Source of the DNA: a virus
Taxonomy: Duplodnaviria; Caudoviricetes
Virus record (IMG/VR): IMGVR_UViG_3300007352_000015
Strand: one strand, 5' to 3'
Length of the DNA stretch: 53,893 bases
Shown piece after piece: positions 43,101 through 50,995 of this stretch (positions are counted from its first letter, which is position 1; every line of letters begins with the position of its first letter). Below the pieces are notes generated by a model. That model searched no databases. It was given only the letters and a program-made list of their open reading frames with translations, and was not told the origin of the DNA. Position numbers and translations under genes: made by a program.

Positions 43101-44638
43101 AAGAAGTGGGTGGCAAGGTAAGTTGGATGCGTCTTGAGAGCACGCCGGAGATGATGAGGAAGATCGAAAAGGAACTGAAGAACCTCAACGAGAACGATGT
43201 TGCCAAGTCGCTGGAGGCGTTCAAGGCTGTCGGCAGGCTGGTGGAAAATGCCAACGAAGTCGTTGAGATGGGAACGAGGCTCGCCTTCTATCGGACGATG
43301 CGCGAGAATGGGTTCTCCGCCGATAAGGCTGCGCAAGCCGCCAAGGAACTGACCGTAAACTTTAACACTCGTGGGCAGGTCGGCCCGCTCATCAACAGCT
43401 TGTGGCTATTCGCCAACGCCGGAGTCCAGGGTAGCTATAGAATCGTTTTCAAAGCTCTTAAGCACAAGAGGGTGCAACAGATAGTCGGTGGCATAGTCGT
43501 ACTCGGCTTTCTCCAGAGCCTGTTCAATCGCTGGATGGATGATGATGAGTGGGATCAGTTCAGCGATTACAATAAAGACAACTATTGGATGTGGATGATG
43601 CCGAACGGCAAGACCGTTGCGGTCAAGGTGCCATACGGCTACAACGTCTTTAAGGTGGCCGGGAACCTCGCCGAAGAGGCTGCGTTCGGCAACCTGACGC
43701 TCGGCCAAGCCGGTAAGCGTATGTTCTCAGCCGTCAACGATGCGTTCAACCCCTTGGGCGGCGGATCGTTCTCGCAATTCCTGTCGCCGACGGCCTTCGA
43801 CCCGCTGGTGCAGATAACTGAGAACAAGAACTTCTACGGTGGCCCGATCACGAAGGAGCAGCCGGAGTACGCGCCAGATCAACCAGCCCACACGTTGCAT
43901 TTCAAGGGCGTAAGTATCTGGGCCAAAGCGCTGACGAAGTGGCTGAATAAAATAACTGGCGGCACAGATGTCGTGAGTGGCAAGGTGGATGTCAACCCGG
44001 AGATGATAGATCACTTCTCGGATTGGGTTGGCGGCGGACTCGGCAGGTTCATAACCAATACGATTAACCTTGGCGCTACTGCAATCAGCGAGCGCGACCT
44101 GCCGCAGATCGAAAAGATTCCGGTGGCTCGCCAGATGCTTAGAGAGAGCAGCGAGTGGGTGGATACCGGCTACATATATGAAACGCTCAATCGTTCGGGC
44201 GCAAACATATTGTCGGCGAAAGAAATGGAGCATTTCAACGAAGCCGTTGAACGCGCATCGGCGGCGGGGAAGATAACACCGACGCAAAAGGATCGCTATC
44301 TCAAGGATATGCGGAGTAATCAGGCTGCCGCTGAAGCATCGCTACAAGGTTCCCCGGCGAGGGCAAGTCTGCTTGCCCGCTACGAGGCGTTCCACTCTAC
44401 GCCGCTGGAAGACCGCGATAAGAGCGAGATAAAGGAAATTCATAAACTCATTAATGAGCATAACCGGCGGGCGGTTAAGTCGGGCGAGCAGAAAATCTCT
44501 GAGCAGGCACTGGATTATCGCAGGGATAGGGCATACGAGAAATTATATGGACGCAAAAGACCAAAACAGCGCGGCGAATCTCAAGGACGTCCTCGGCCTC
44601 CAGAGCCGCCAAGACCCAATAGAAAACCTATTAGATAG
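37166..44638 (+). CDS. 2490-aa large polyvalent ejection protein (zincin-like motif, LPD38-like C-terminus)
   Basis: HEIAHYG zincin motif; YVPL, F..TNF.RD.QTA, TVNFN.RG, LWLFANA.VQG, P.GYN.F, ENKNFYG.PI motifs. Confidence 0.75.
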   Translation: MPNSIEKLYEAGSEKFDLGDFDTFYNKMGNPQSRQKFYAAMTKHYDLGEYDAFESKVNQGFLPSDNQEPDQLEARPGYAEEQPPAPADMVSRFVQDSTANDPFLAGLSADIDAQLSDTLNLLNQPSDMGGSYNTPIPEDQQQAYLEQSAVESNQRGRDAQMDVGDYDIQGNFLAGQGKDERGHGSDQFKKPNHPTFSVESQYSGQGGEQGGTWGEENGQPTFTPGPSNLKYHSRKELEDYFKEAEPNVKLKWPEQIDMGAIQPQAEPASTTDVEGGQPQPAPQPMEAGIADDDGVLGAAVTGTLHGIFGSLGAGTFDTIAAGARSLRKQLEMPETDLTRRSGISALPESATEIGASKIADKLTKMAEKYQQPEDLQGKNLYDNPEIILDPRFTAYGLGDMLPSFLAAMIPSTAALKFGRPVAGAVGGATAGLMEGAGIYRETLDRGGSHDEALRNMLYMTVGAGLLNKIGFDRMFAKGVKGKRLIKNTATMFVEAITEYLEEPLGATILGVPKEEFIQRMKDGLAVLVPAAFMGGVGSVTSDKIEDRQNRKNLERYMKPFIENPQQFIDDRLAFINSLEQKAAPTDEAKQPSTGMTAEEETALKAEEATTEAAETEPAEVKSVLDELYGPEERPTAAPVVPTEDISAQTQTELDEAAAGMDISASVAAQEARGEEITAEPTPDIPAGEIAAETSRESAVSGERTIERRLSDREVEVERRLSEQAPIMGVDDERVPFINADVERLGSAEAVAERYDTDSAEDRYARQHAEKIFGQAGQELTLAKSGRPYKTQQAASRVARKLGADYEAVPTEGGFGIRKAETTAKLVSEAVQVEPTIDTEAVSTGSEMESVAQAKRMVAGMDYDGIQKLIDDRETELEEQGVTDYQEQSNDPLLTALYEERFAVERENMRNLDSNVRRELKASVPAIPEMFPRRLKAGVEPSAETLDFILRDEFGINPKSQTATYFTSQAVKRLFGGDYTSKQSLKKAHEGITKTLINGWAREHNLDSDGIFSPVSGLGQGEQRAILEYFSKVADNIITTVRNQLLSTTDAIAPNLGTSVPKIGTTPSKSMGLESAERQAEPRPSDTDVILASSGRPFVTEQAAKRFAATRGEGYEAVPYGDKWAVKKPAPKPKRELTEEERAKVEKELDKLEREAGVLDVTPRKSIGMHIDKPGAIDELAAEEEGPPEGIQFSIASSRPAGEPGMGVIEVMKILDPIKGKFNIPIRVLGSAEDIEDAETREAALAELKKGSVISGYYDDKANNRRGEIVLLADGIRNEKELLEAVLPHEIAHYGIQGVLGKEGYKAFLADLRSDPVIGPQINALIKQHGWKPDYAAGEWWANNAEGKNPDEISPTIWQRIVILFRKAMRAMRGAKRWRFTNIEIDNMLRKGYEYATAKDAAEIRAGTGEAAFKTQSLNDLVTQLAQIEKSISELPPVRNAMPTTGIRQRLETKAQELEERIANWDGPQFRSRKAEGEGMERKITDAARADAEQSLDDMRKDVMEYAKRYIPGSGMSRDEARKHLNAIHNAKDTNALAGAFVRLEAAVMGEEDGLGVDSQGNVIRTTFELPEETRLQHLRRWLQDSMARLQTVQKEIVKQTGKEITPEMDANMRQVLEVGRAAHRVEKFMEKMVRGKESFLGRMNEAGINQRDFSLYLTALHTEERRNATIGRKIEKARSEKQATYWRTRLNDENDDFGSGMSMKTAKRVIKDMQAWHPDIQKFAEEFYDNTTRAALRMRLESGLISQEFYDKLNETYKNYVPLKGRSDIESKRPGVSKTTGMLATGIRKARGRQSDADDPFAQTLVDFTDAITRSEQNRVRQAFLKLVEANPEPGVWSTQPAPEPVESIGEEGNIQYEEPLRKYDDNVLEVRVDGESHLISIHDIPLSQSMKGLGMERSFQFFSAINSYLRAVNIMLSPEFLITNFERDLQTALVHVSGEQSAKMAGQTLKHLPSAMKGIWKDLRGKNNEWSQYYEEMKEVGGKVSWMRLESTPEMMRKIEKELKNLNENDVAKSLEAFKAVGRLVENANEVVEMGTRLAFYRTMRENGFSADKAAQAAKELTVNFNTRGQVGPLINSLWLFANAGVQGSYRIVFKALKHKRVQQIVGGIVVLGFLQSLFNRWMDDDEWDQFSDYNKDNYWMWMMPNGKTVAVKVPYGYNVFKVAGNLAEEAAFGNLTLGQAGKRMFSAVNDAFNPLGGGSFSQFLSPTAFDPLVQITENKNFYGGPITKEQPEYAPDQPAHTLHFKGVSIWAKALTKWLNKITGGTDVVSGKVDVNPEMIDHFSDWVGGGLGRFITNTINLGATAISERDLPQIEKIPVARQMLRESSEWVDTGYIYETLNRSGANILSAKEMEHFNEAVERASAAGKITPTQKDRYLKDMRSNQAAAEASLQGSPARASLLARYEAFHSTPLEDRDKSEIKEIHKLINEHNRRAVKSGEQKISEQALDYRRDRAYEKLYGRKRPKQRGESQGRPRPPEPPRPNRKPIR

Positions 44639-44646
44639 GAGCAGTT

Positions 44647-45858
44647 ATGGCTGATCGAGCGTTACAAATCTTAGCGCCGCGTTACAAAAGCTGGAAGGAC
44701 GACGGCACCGTCAACTCCGGCGGATTTATCTACTTCTACGAGGCTGGCACCACCACGCTGAAGGATACCTATCAGGATGCTGAGGCCACCGTCGCCAATG
44801 CCAATCCCGTAGAACTCAATAGCCGTGGCGAGGCGGCTATCTATGGTCGCGGAACTTATAAGATCATAGAGAAGGACAGCGATGAGGTGCAAATCGGCGA
44901 TGCGATGGATGGCGTACTCTTTCTGGATGTGACCGATGACATCCTGGCCTTGCTGAACGATGCCACTACGGCTCAGATGCGAAGCACGCTCGGCCTTGGA
45001 ACGGCGGCCACGAAGAACGCTGGAACGTCTGCGGGTGAAGTTCTCCTGCTCGCCGTCTCCGGCACCCTGCCAGCGCTGGATGCCTCGAATCTGACCAACG
45101 TAGCCCAAGGGCAGGGGCCGCTGCCGTATGGATACAAGAAGGGTCTGACGCTATCCGTTGGAACCAATACAACCACGTTCGGCATTTCTGCTGGGGCGTG
45201 CCGGAGTAGTGGCAACGTCGCCAATATGGCATTGACTTCGGCCTACACCAAGACTATGGCATCCTGGGCGGTGGGTACTGCCGCCGGGAGTCTCGATGCC
45301 GGTTCGGTGGCTACATCCACATGGTATCACGTCTATGCCATTTACAACGCCACAACGGGAGTGACCGACATACTGACATCCCTCAGCGCAACCGACCCAG
45401 ACCCGCCGGAAGGGTATGCGACATTCCGGCGCATTGGCGCTCTCCTGACTGATGGCACGCCGTATATCACCACCTTTGTTCAGTACGGCGATGAGTTCCT
45501 GTGGAAAGACCCGCCGCTGGATGTTGATCTGGATGGAACCCTTGGGGCCACCGCATCGCTCCATGCGTTATCGACGCCCCTTGGCGTTCAGGTTCGGGCC
45601 ATACTAAACATGGCCGGTACTCATGCCTCGACCGTGACCGCTATTTATGCCAGCAGCCCGGATGTTACTGATGAAGCGCCGGATTATAACGCGAACTCGC
45701 TCGTAGGGCAGATCAACACAGCATCAACGACTGCGGCGACCGCCACGGCGGGGCATGTTGTCATTCGTACCGATACCAGTAGCCAGATCAGGTTGCGGGC
45801 ATCGAACGCGAGTACGTACTGTAGCGTCACGACACTTGGCTGGATCGAAAACTTTTAA
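44647..45858 (+). CDS. Tail fibre/spike with P22-like attachment domain
   Basis: GFIYFYEAGTTT.KDTYQD....ANANPVELNSRGEA.IY; LGLGTAAT; TWYHVY...PEGY..FRRIG. Confidence 0.75.
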   Translation: MADRALQILAPRYKSWKDDGTVNSGGFIYFYEAGTTTLKDTYQDAEATVANANPVELNSRGEAAIYGRGTYKIIEKDSDEVQIGDAMDGVLFLDVTDDILALLNDATTAQMRSTLGLGTAATKNAGTSAGEVLLLAVSGTLPALDASNLTNVAQGQGPLPYGYKKGLTLSVGTNTTTFGISAGACRSSGNVANMALTSAYTKTMASWAVGTAAGSLDAGSVATSTWYHVYAIYNATTGVTDILTSLSATDPDPPEGYATFRRIGALLTDGTPYITTFVQYGDEFLWKDPPLDVDLDGTLGATASLHALSTPLGVQVRAILNMAGTHASTVTAIYASSPDVTDEAPDYNANSLVGQINTASTTAATATAGHVVIRTDTSSQIRLRASNASTYCSVTTLGWIENF

Positions 45859-45867
45859 GGAGGCCAC

Positions 45868-46287
45868 ATGAGTTTCTTCAAAAGCGGGTTCTTTGACACG
45901 GGAGCCAGTGGCCTCGGTCAGAGGGAAAAAACAAACGAGATTACCACCACTGATGCCACGGCAACGGATATCCTGTCAATACCGCTTGCCGAAGGCCAGA
46001 CAATGAGTCTCGAAGTTCAGATCACCGGCAGGCGGACGGACAGCGGCAACGCTGGCCTGTCGGTTTCGTACCGGCTGGCCGGGGCTTTCAAGCGTAACGC
46101 CAGCGGCAATGTTACACAGGTCAGCCTGACACAGAGCGATCCCGTGTTCTTTGATGATGGGGCCGCATGGGATGCCACGCTGAATGCCGATACCACCAAT
46201 CAAACGGTGGACGTTCGCGTTACCGGTGAGATTGATGTTACGATAAAGTGGACAGCAAGAGCCAATTACACTATTCAGAGTTCATAG
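45868..46287 (+). CDS. Small beta-sandwich tail protein
   Basis: AAGGAGG RBS; TTTDAT.T.I...V.VTG......W pattern common at fibre ends. Confidence 0.6.
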   Translation: MSFFKSGFFDTGASGLGQREKTNEITTTDATATDILSIPLAEGQTMSLEVQITGRRTDSGNAGLSVSYRLAGAFKRNASGNVTQVSLTQSDPVFFDDGAAWDATLNADTTNQTVDVRVTGEIDVTIKWTARANYTIQSS

Positions 46288-46295
46288 GAGGAACG

Positions 46296-47462
46296 ATGAG
46301 CAGAAAACTGATTTATAGGGGTGCGATACAGGCACTGGCTGCGGTCGTTCTCCTGTGCGCCCCCTTGTTCGCCCAGATAACGGCGGTAACGACTCCCGGC
46401 TTTAAGAACGGGACGCTGACCGTAGGCCGGGATGCCGACAGTCTATACAAGTTGCCATCCGTGGCTACGGCAGAAACGGGTTACGTCATGCTATCCAACG
46501 GATTGAACGGTGAGATGACGTGGGGAACCTCCTCGGCCTCCGGCGATACCGTAATCCTCGGCAGTGACACAATCTTTGTAGCGCAGATCGCCAAGGATAC
46601 GGCTAACGCCCGCTGGAAACTGCTTGGCGATACCGTCCAGACCGACAGCACGGTTCGCATGGATGGGGATATGACGTATATCCGCAATGTCCGGCTCGGC
46701 GAGTCCGGTGGCGTCGGCGGCAACGTCACGTCGTCCACGGCAATATCCATTGATGTCTTAATCCCGACAGAGAACAGTTTTGCTACCACAAAGTTCTATG
46801 TGGATAGTCTGCTGGCGAAGGCGATTCTTGATTCTGCCGCAACGGTTCGTGGCGAAATAAGAGATACCGCTACCGCAGTCTGGAATGATAGCGTCGGGGC
46901 AGTCGAGACCCGTGCCCGCGAAGATGCCGGGGATACGGCGGCAGTGTATCTGGACTTAGCTAAGGCCGACATGCGGGATAGCTCTACCGTGGTCTGGAAC
47001 GATTCCATCCCGGCCTATACCAGCCGCGATTCGACACGCAACAAGGTTCTCCGTCCTAATACCCTGCCGGATTCATCGGTAAGCGGTGAAGTATTCTACG
47101 CTATCGCCGGAGCCGCCTTGACATTCGGTGATCTCGTTTACTGGCGCAACGATACTCTGTTCCTTGCCAACGGTGACACCACGGGCGCAACTTACCTGCT
47201 CCCTGCCGCAGCCATGAGTGCAGACAAGACGACCAGTTCGGGCGCTGTAGGTATGTTCCTGCGCACCGGCTATGCCCGCGCCGAGGGCTGGATACACCTG
47301 CCTATTGGCGGCGTGGTCTACGTAGATACCGTGGCTACCGGCCAGATGAGTCGCTACGCCCCGACCGTGGCAGGTATGGGTTCACAGCCCGTGGGGGTGA
47401 CGGTGGATTCGACTTCCGGCGTGGTCGATTTCCGGCCCACTTACGTCATAACGGTGAAGTAG
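46296..47462 (+). CDS. Sec-signal-bearing fibre-like protein with C-terminal cement-type domain
   Basis: Signal MSRKLIYRGAIQALAAVVLLCAPLFA-Q; C-terminal AGAALTFGDLVY...G.VYV...G......P...G...QPVG...F.P. Confidence 0.65.
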   Translation: MSRKLIYRGAIQALAAVVLLCAPLFAQITAVTTPGFKNGTLTVGRDADSLYKLPSVATAETGYVMLSNGLNGEMTWGTSSASGDTVILGSDTIFVAQIAKDTANARWKLLGDTVQTDSTVRMDGDMTYIRNVRLGESGGVGGNVTSSTAISIDVLIPTENSFATTKFYVDSLLAKAILDSAATVRGEIRDTATAVWNDSVGAVETRAREDAGDTAAVYLDLAKADMRDSSTVVWNDSIPAYTSRDSTRNKVLRPNTLPDSSVSGEVFYAIAGAALTFGDLVYWRNDTLFLANGDTTGATYLLPAAAMSADKTTSSGAVGMFLRTGYARAEGWIHLPIGGVVYVDTVATGQMSRYAPTVAGMGSQPVGVTVDSTSGVVDFRPTYVITVK

Positions 47463-47472
47463 GGGAGGGCGA

Positions 47473-48978
47473 ATGGAACGGCGTGACTTTATAAAATTAG
47501 CGATGTCGGGATTCGCCGGAATGGCCGTAGCTGACGGTCTTGCCGGAGAGCGCTTGTCGGGGCAGCAGGGCGTTTTGAGGGCAACGAACTTGATAACAGA
47601 CCCGGCAAAACAAGTAATCACTGACCCGGTTGTGCGCCGTGTCCTGGAGCGGATGCAGGTCGATCCAGATAACGATGCTGTCTTCAAATACGATTATGCA
47701 CCGGGCCATGAGACGACAAAAATGTATCAGGTGCAAGCCGGGCGATATAAGGGTGCTCATGTTGTAGTCGCCTCGCACCTGCCAATGGTTACACCTGATA
47801 ATGAGGTGGTAATTCCCGGTTTTGAATTATCCGGCGGGATATACAGGCCAAAAACGAACTGGTTTACCGCAGAAGTCAGCGGTGAAAGCGTCCAGGTCTG
47901 GCAACTTGGATTGTCTGAATATGTTGCTTGGGCACCGGCCTTATATCTGAACGGAGTGAGAAAAGACCCCATTGGTTCGTGGGTGCATCATGTTACTGAT
48001 CCGCAAAATCCAAACTATCAGGGTAACGTGCTTGATCTTAATTATGGGATATGTACCCGCCGGTTGAGATTAATCGAAGGGCGTTTCATGGAGCGGTGGA
48101 TATTTACCGAGAATCCCGGCGGGGACGTGCGGATTGTCCATAATAAATCTGGCAACCTGTCCTTACGGTTAGGCGGTGGGCGGGTCCTCGTTGAAAACGG
48201 TGATGAAGAATTTATCTCGGCGGAAGTTTTTAATGATACTTCTTACCCGCTTGTTGTCTGTGCTACAGCTACATTGTACACCGGAGCTTCTGATGGGACA
48301 ATTAGTTATTTCCTGGCCACCGGATCGTCGTGGGCCGAACTTAAAGCCCTTTCCGCTGGAAGCAGTACGGCCTTAGCGGGTACGGGCGCATCCGCCGGAT
48401 GGCTTAGATGTGATGCTAATACCGATAAATTTGATATTCTTGAGCACCAGTTCTACCCGTTCGACAATTCATCGGTGTCGGCTCTTAATACGGTTCTTTC
48501 TGGAACAGTCAGCTTTTATGGGTATAGCTCGGTGGTGGACGATTGGGCCGCTTCTGCATTGTGTCTTGTAAAAGGCACTCCGGCTGATCCGACGGCTTTA
48601 GTTGTGGGCGATTTTGACCAGTTGACCTTGACTGAACTGGCTATCCGCAAGGCCATGAGCGCATGGAGCGTAGCGGGGTATAATGATTATACACTCAACG
48701 CCGCCGGTATAGCTCATGTTCAGGCAAACCTGGGCGGATATTGCACGTTCGTCACCCCTAACGGGTACTGGGTTGATAATAGTGCCCCTGCATGGACAGC
48801 GGGCTACGATTGCATGTGCTCGAATTATTTTTCGGAACAAGGGGCTGGTTATAAACCAAAAGAGGTCTTTGTTTACGAGCTTTCTGAACCCGCTGGCCCG
48901 GCTAAGGTGGCAGGCGTGGCGAGTCCAGCTAAGGTGGCAGGCGTGGCGAGTCCAACGAGTGTGGCTGGCGTGAATTAA
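47473..48978 (+). CDS. Tat-signal protein in the tail module with C-terminal PAKVAGVAS repeats
   Basis: MERRDFIKLAMSGFAGMAVA fits the S/T-R-R-x-F-L-K consensus; GGGGAGGG RBS. Confidence 0.7.
   Translation: MERRDFIKLAMSGFAGMAVADGLAGERLSGQQGVLRATNLITDPAKQVITDPVVRRVLERMQVDPDNDAVFKYDYAPGHETTKMYQVQAGRYKGAHVVVASHLPMVTPDNEVVIPGFELSGGIYRPKTNWFTAEVSGESVQVWQLGLSEYVAWAPALYLNGVRKDPIGSWVHHVTDPQNPNYQGNVLDLNYGICTRRLRLIEGRFMERWIFTENPGGDVRIVHNKSGNLSLRLGGGRVLVENGDEEFISAEVFNDTSYPLVVCATATLYTGASDGTISYFLATGSSWAELKALSAGSSTALAGTGASAGWLRCDANTDKFDILEHQFYPFDNSSVSALNTVLSGTVSFYGYSSVVDDWAASALCLVKGTPADPTALVVGDFDQLTLTELAIRKAMSAWSVAGYNDYTLNAAGIAHVQANLGGYCTFVTPNGYWVDNSAPAWTAGYDCMCSNYFSEQGAGYKPKEVFVYELSEPAGPAKVAGVASPAKVAGVASPTSVAGVN
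48898..48972 (+). repeat. 27-bp coding tandem repeat, about three copies
   Basis: GCTAAGGTGGCAGGCGTGGCGAGTCCA twice plus a degenerate third copy. Confidence 0.85.
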
Positions 48979-49036
48979 TAATGGCCACATGGCTCAACCG
49001 ACTTAAAACACAACAATAATTTTAGGGAGGAACAAT

Positions 49037-49348
49037 GTGATGATAAACGGAGTAAGAAACGCGGTGCTTGTCTGCGCCTTACTGGCCGCGCCATTGGTGG
49101 CTGGCAATAAGGCGGAAGGCAAGCCGGATACTACAAAGCTGGACACCTTGCTGGTCAAGGTAGAACAACTCAAAATGGAACAGATGGAGACTAAGGCCCG
49201 GCTGCTGTCTATCCGCAGATTCCTGATAGCGGAAGCCTATGCCGCCGAGCCGGACAGTGTCAGGCGGGACTCGTTGACGACTATAGTAGAGAGCGACACC
49301 CTTATTGCCCGAAGGATTGCCGCAGATGGACGAAGAAACCAGAAGTGA
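49037..49348 (+). CDS. Exported coiled-coil protein of the lysis region (possible spanin-like)
   Basis: Signal peptide ...VCALLAAPLVA; DTT, DTL, DSV, DSL, DTL motifs. Confidence 0.5.
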   Translation: MMINGVRNAVLVCALLAAPLVAGNKAEGKPDTTKLDTLLVKVEQLKMEQMETKARLLSIRRFLIAEAYAAEPDSVRRDSLTTIVESDTLIARRIAADGRRNQK

Positions 49349-49628
49349 ATTGGATAAACAGCTTGACTTTATCAAGTCGAGAGCCAGTAAGGATGAGGTA
49401 AATCATCTGCGTTCCGCTTTCTATTGGGTGATCGGCACCGCCGCCCTGGCTGCGCTGACTGCCGTAGGCGCTGGATTTTCCAGCTATAGTTCGTATGGCA
49501 GCGCCGACCGCAGGATCGCGGTAGTCGAAATCCAGTTGACCGGCATCAACGCCCGGCAGGTGGAGAACAACGAGATACTGAAAGAGATAGAACGCCTGCT
49601 AAGGGACAAGCACAATGCGATTGACTGA
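49326..49628 (+). CDS. Single-TM coiled-coil protein (holin/antiholin-like)
   Basis: One TM helix flanked by coiled coils, directly upstream of the endolysin. Confidence 0.5.
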   Translation: MDEETRSELDKQLDFIKSRASKDEVNHLRSAFYWVIGTAALAALTAVGAGFSSYSSYGSADRRIAVVEIQLTGINARQVENNEILKEIERLLRDKHNAID

Positions 49629-50097
49629 GCACTTTACGCTTCGGGAGTTCCGCTGCCACTGTGGTTGCGGAGCCGAGAAGGACTGGGTCGAGGAAATAAA
49701 AAAGACGGCCGAGATACTTGAACTGCTGCGCCAGCGCATCAATACCAAGCAGGAGTATGTCAAGTACCGCAAGTTGCTGGATGACCAGTCGTATCGTGAG
49801 TTGTCGATAGCCATAAGCTGCGGAGTACGGTGCCCGAAGCATAACGCGGCAGTTGGTGGAGCGGGGAAGAGTCAGCACTTATCAGAGATAGATAAGGCTG
49901 TACGCGAAGTGGCTTATGGTGGTGCTGCCGACACATCCGTTCCAGGCTTACCGGCTCCACTATGGTACGCCGAAACCGAGGGATTCTTCAAAGGCAGAAT
50001 CCTTTACATAAAGAAGAAGTTCGTTCACGTTGACCGCCGGGTAGGAAACGCCTACTCCGCTATCAACGATCCACAAAACGCTGAGAAGGAGGCGTAA
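49615..50097 (+). CDS. Endolysin, peptidase M15A family
   Basis: LTEHFTLREFRCHCGCG, SCGVRCPKHNAAVGGA.KSQHL, AAD, FVHVD.R. Confidence 0.9.
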   Translation: MRLTEHFTLREFRCHCGCGAEKDWVEEIKKTAEILELLRQRINTKQEYVKYRKLLDDQSYRELSIAISCGVRCPKHNAAVGGAGKSQHLSEIDKAVREVAYGGAADTSVPGLPAPLWYAETEGFFKGRILYIKKKFVHVDRRVGNAYSAINDPQNAEKEA

Positions 50098-50098
50098 T

Positions 50099-50338
50099 AT
50101 GGAACAGGTATATGCAGCTTGGGATTATATCATCACCAACTGGCAGGTGATCGCACTGGTGATAGTGCCGTTCCTTTCGACCCTGGTGCTGAAACTGGGA
50201 CGCATCGGATGGCTTCTCAATCAAGTCCTTGCCCGTGTCAAGGACGGTAGCCTGTCGGTTCAGGAAAAAGCTGACACGTTTGATGATGTCATATCTGTTT
50301 TCCGTGGCTGGCTGCCCAACCGCAGTAAAAAGGAGTAA
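50099..50338 (+). CDS. Holin-like membrane protein
   Basis: AAGGAGG RBS; one TM helix, basic C-terminus. Confidence 0.5.
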   Translation: MEQVYAAWDYIITNWQVIALVIVPFLSTLVLKLGRIGWLLNQVLARVKDGSLSVQEKADTFDDVISVFRGWLPNRSKKE

Positions 50339-50341
50339 CCC

Positions 50342-50515
50342 GTGGCAAAAAGGAAATGGTGGCAGTACCTGCTTTTCTTCGTCCGTGCCGCCGCAGATGA
50401 GGTCGAAAGCGGCAATATCGGAGCAGGAAAGAAAACCGCCAAGGGCGGCGAGATTGTCGGCAAAGCCCTTGACGGCGTTATCGAAGCGACTGATGACCAG
50501 AACAGCCCTGCTTAG
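50342..50515 (+). CDS. 57-aa amphipathic protein, last gene of the late operon
   Basis: AAGGAG RBS, GTG start, MAKRKWWQYLLFFVRAAADEV. Confidence 0.5.
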   Translation: MAKRKWWQYLLFFVRAAADEVESGNIGAGKKTAKGGEIVGKALDGVIEATDDQNSPA

Positions 50516-50528
50516 GTGGGGCTGTTTT
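50501..50528 (+). terminator. Terminator between convergent arms
   Basis: AACAGCCC...GGGCTGTT-TT. Confidence 0.7.
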
Positions 50529-50748
50529 ACTCTCCCTGCGTCCGTTCCTTGAGTATCGCCAGAACCCGCTCGGCAGATTTTCGCAACTGTTTCTTGCGAT
50601 CCATAATGGGAAAATCAGAATCCGTCTCAATGTTTAACCGCTTGCACGTTATATCCACTGCGTCACTGTAAACCCATAGCGTCACCTTGACGGGAGCCAC
50701 AAATGACAATATGGATATTTCGTCCAACATCTCAGCAAACTTAGACAT
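50527..50748 (-). CDS. Hypothetical protein
   Basis: GGAGGG RBS on the minus strand. Confidence 0.6.
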   Translation of the reverse strand: MSKFAEMLDEISILSFVAPVKVTLWVYSDAVDITCKRLNIETDSDFPIMDRKKQLRKSAERVLAILKERTQGE

Positions 50749-50757
50749 ACTTCCCTC

Positions 50758-50994
50758 CTACGAGTTGGCTTTAACGAACGCCGCCATCTCCTTAAGCATG
50801 TCCGGCGTTATCTTTTCAATGCCGTTCAACTGGCGGTAGACCTTGCTCAGATCGAGCTTGCGTTCCTCGGCAAACTTGCGCCGCGAACCCCACTTGCGGC
50901 CATAAAGTTTCTCCAGAAAATCAACGAAGTTCAACCGCTTGAGTTCCATGTTCAAATCTGGCTCGACATGAATTGATTTCTTTTCCCTCGGCAT
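50758..50994 (-). CDS. XRE/Cro-like helix-turn-helix protein
   Basis: SRRKFAEERKLDLSKVYRQLNG...ITPDML. Confidence 0.6.
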   Translation of the reverse strand: MPREKKSIHVEPDLNMELKRLNFVDFLEKLYGRKWGSRRKFAEERKLDLSKVYRQLNGIEKITPDMLKEMAAFVKANS

Positions 50995-50995
50995 A

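Noticed and set aside
18533-45564. Many long minus-strand ORFs in the track across the structural region
   Set aside because: Antisense shadows of GC3-rich plus-strand genes, with no RBS or recognisable motifs
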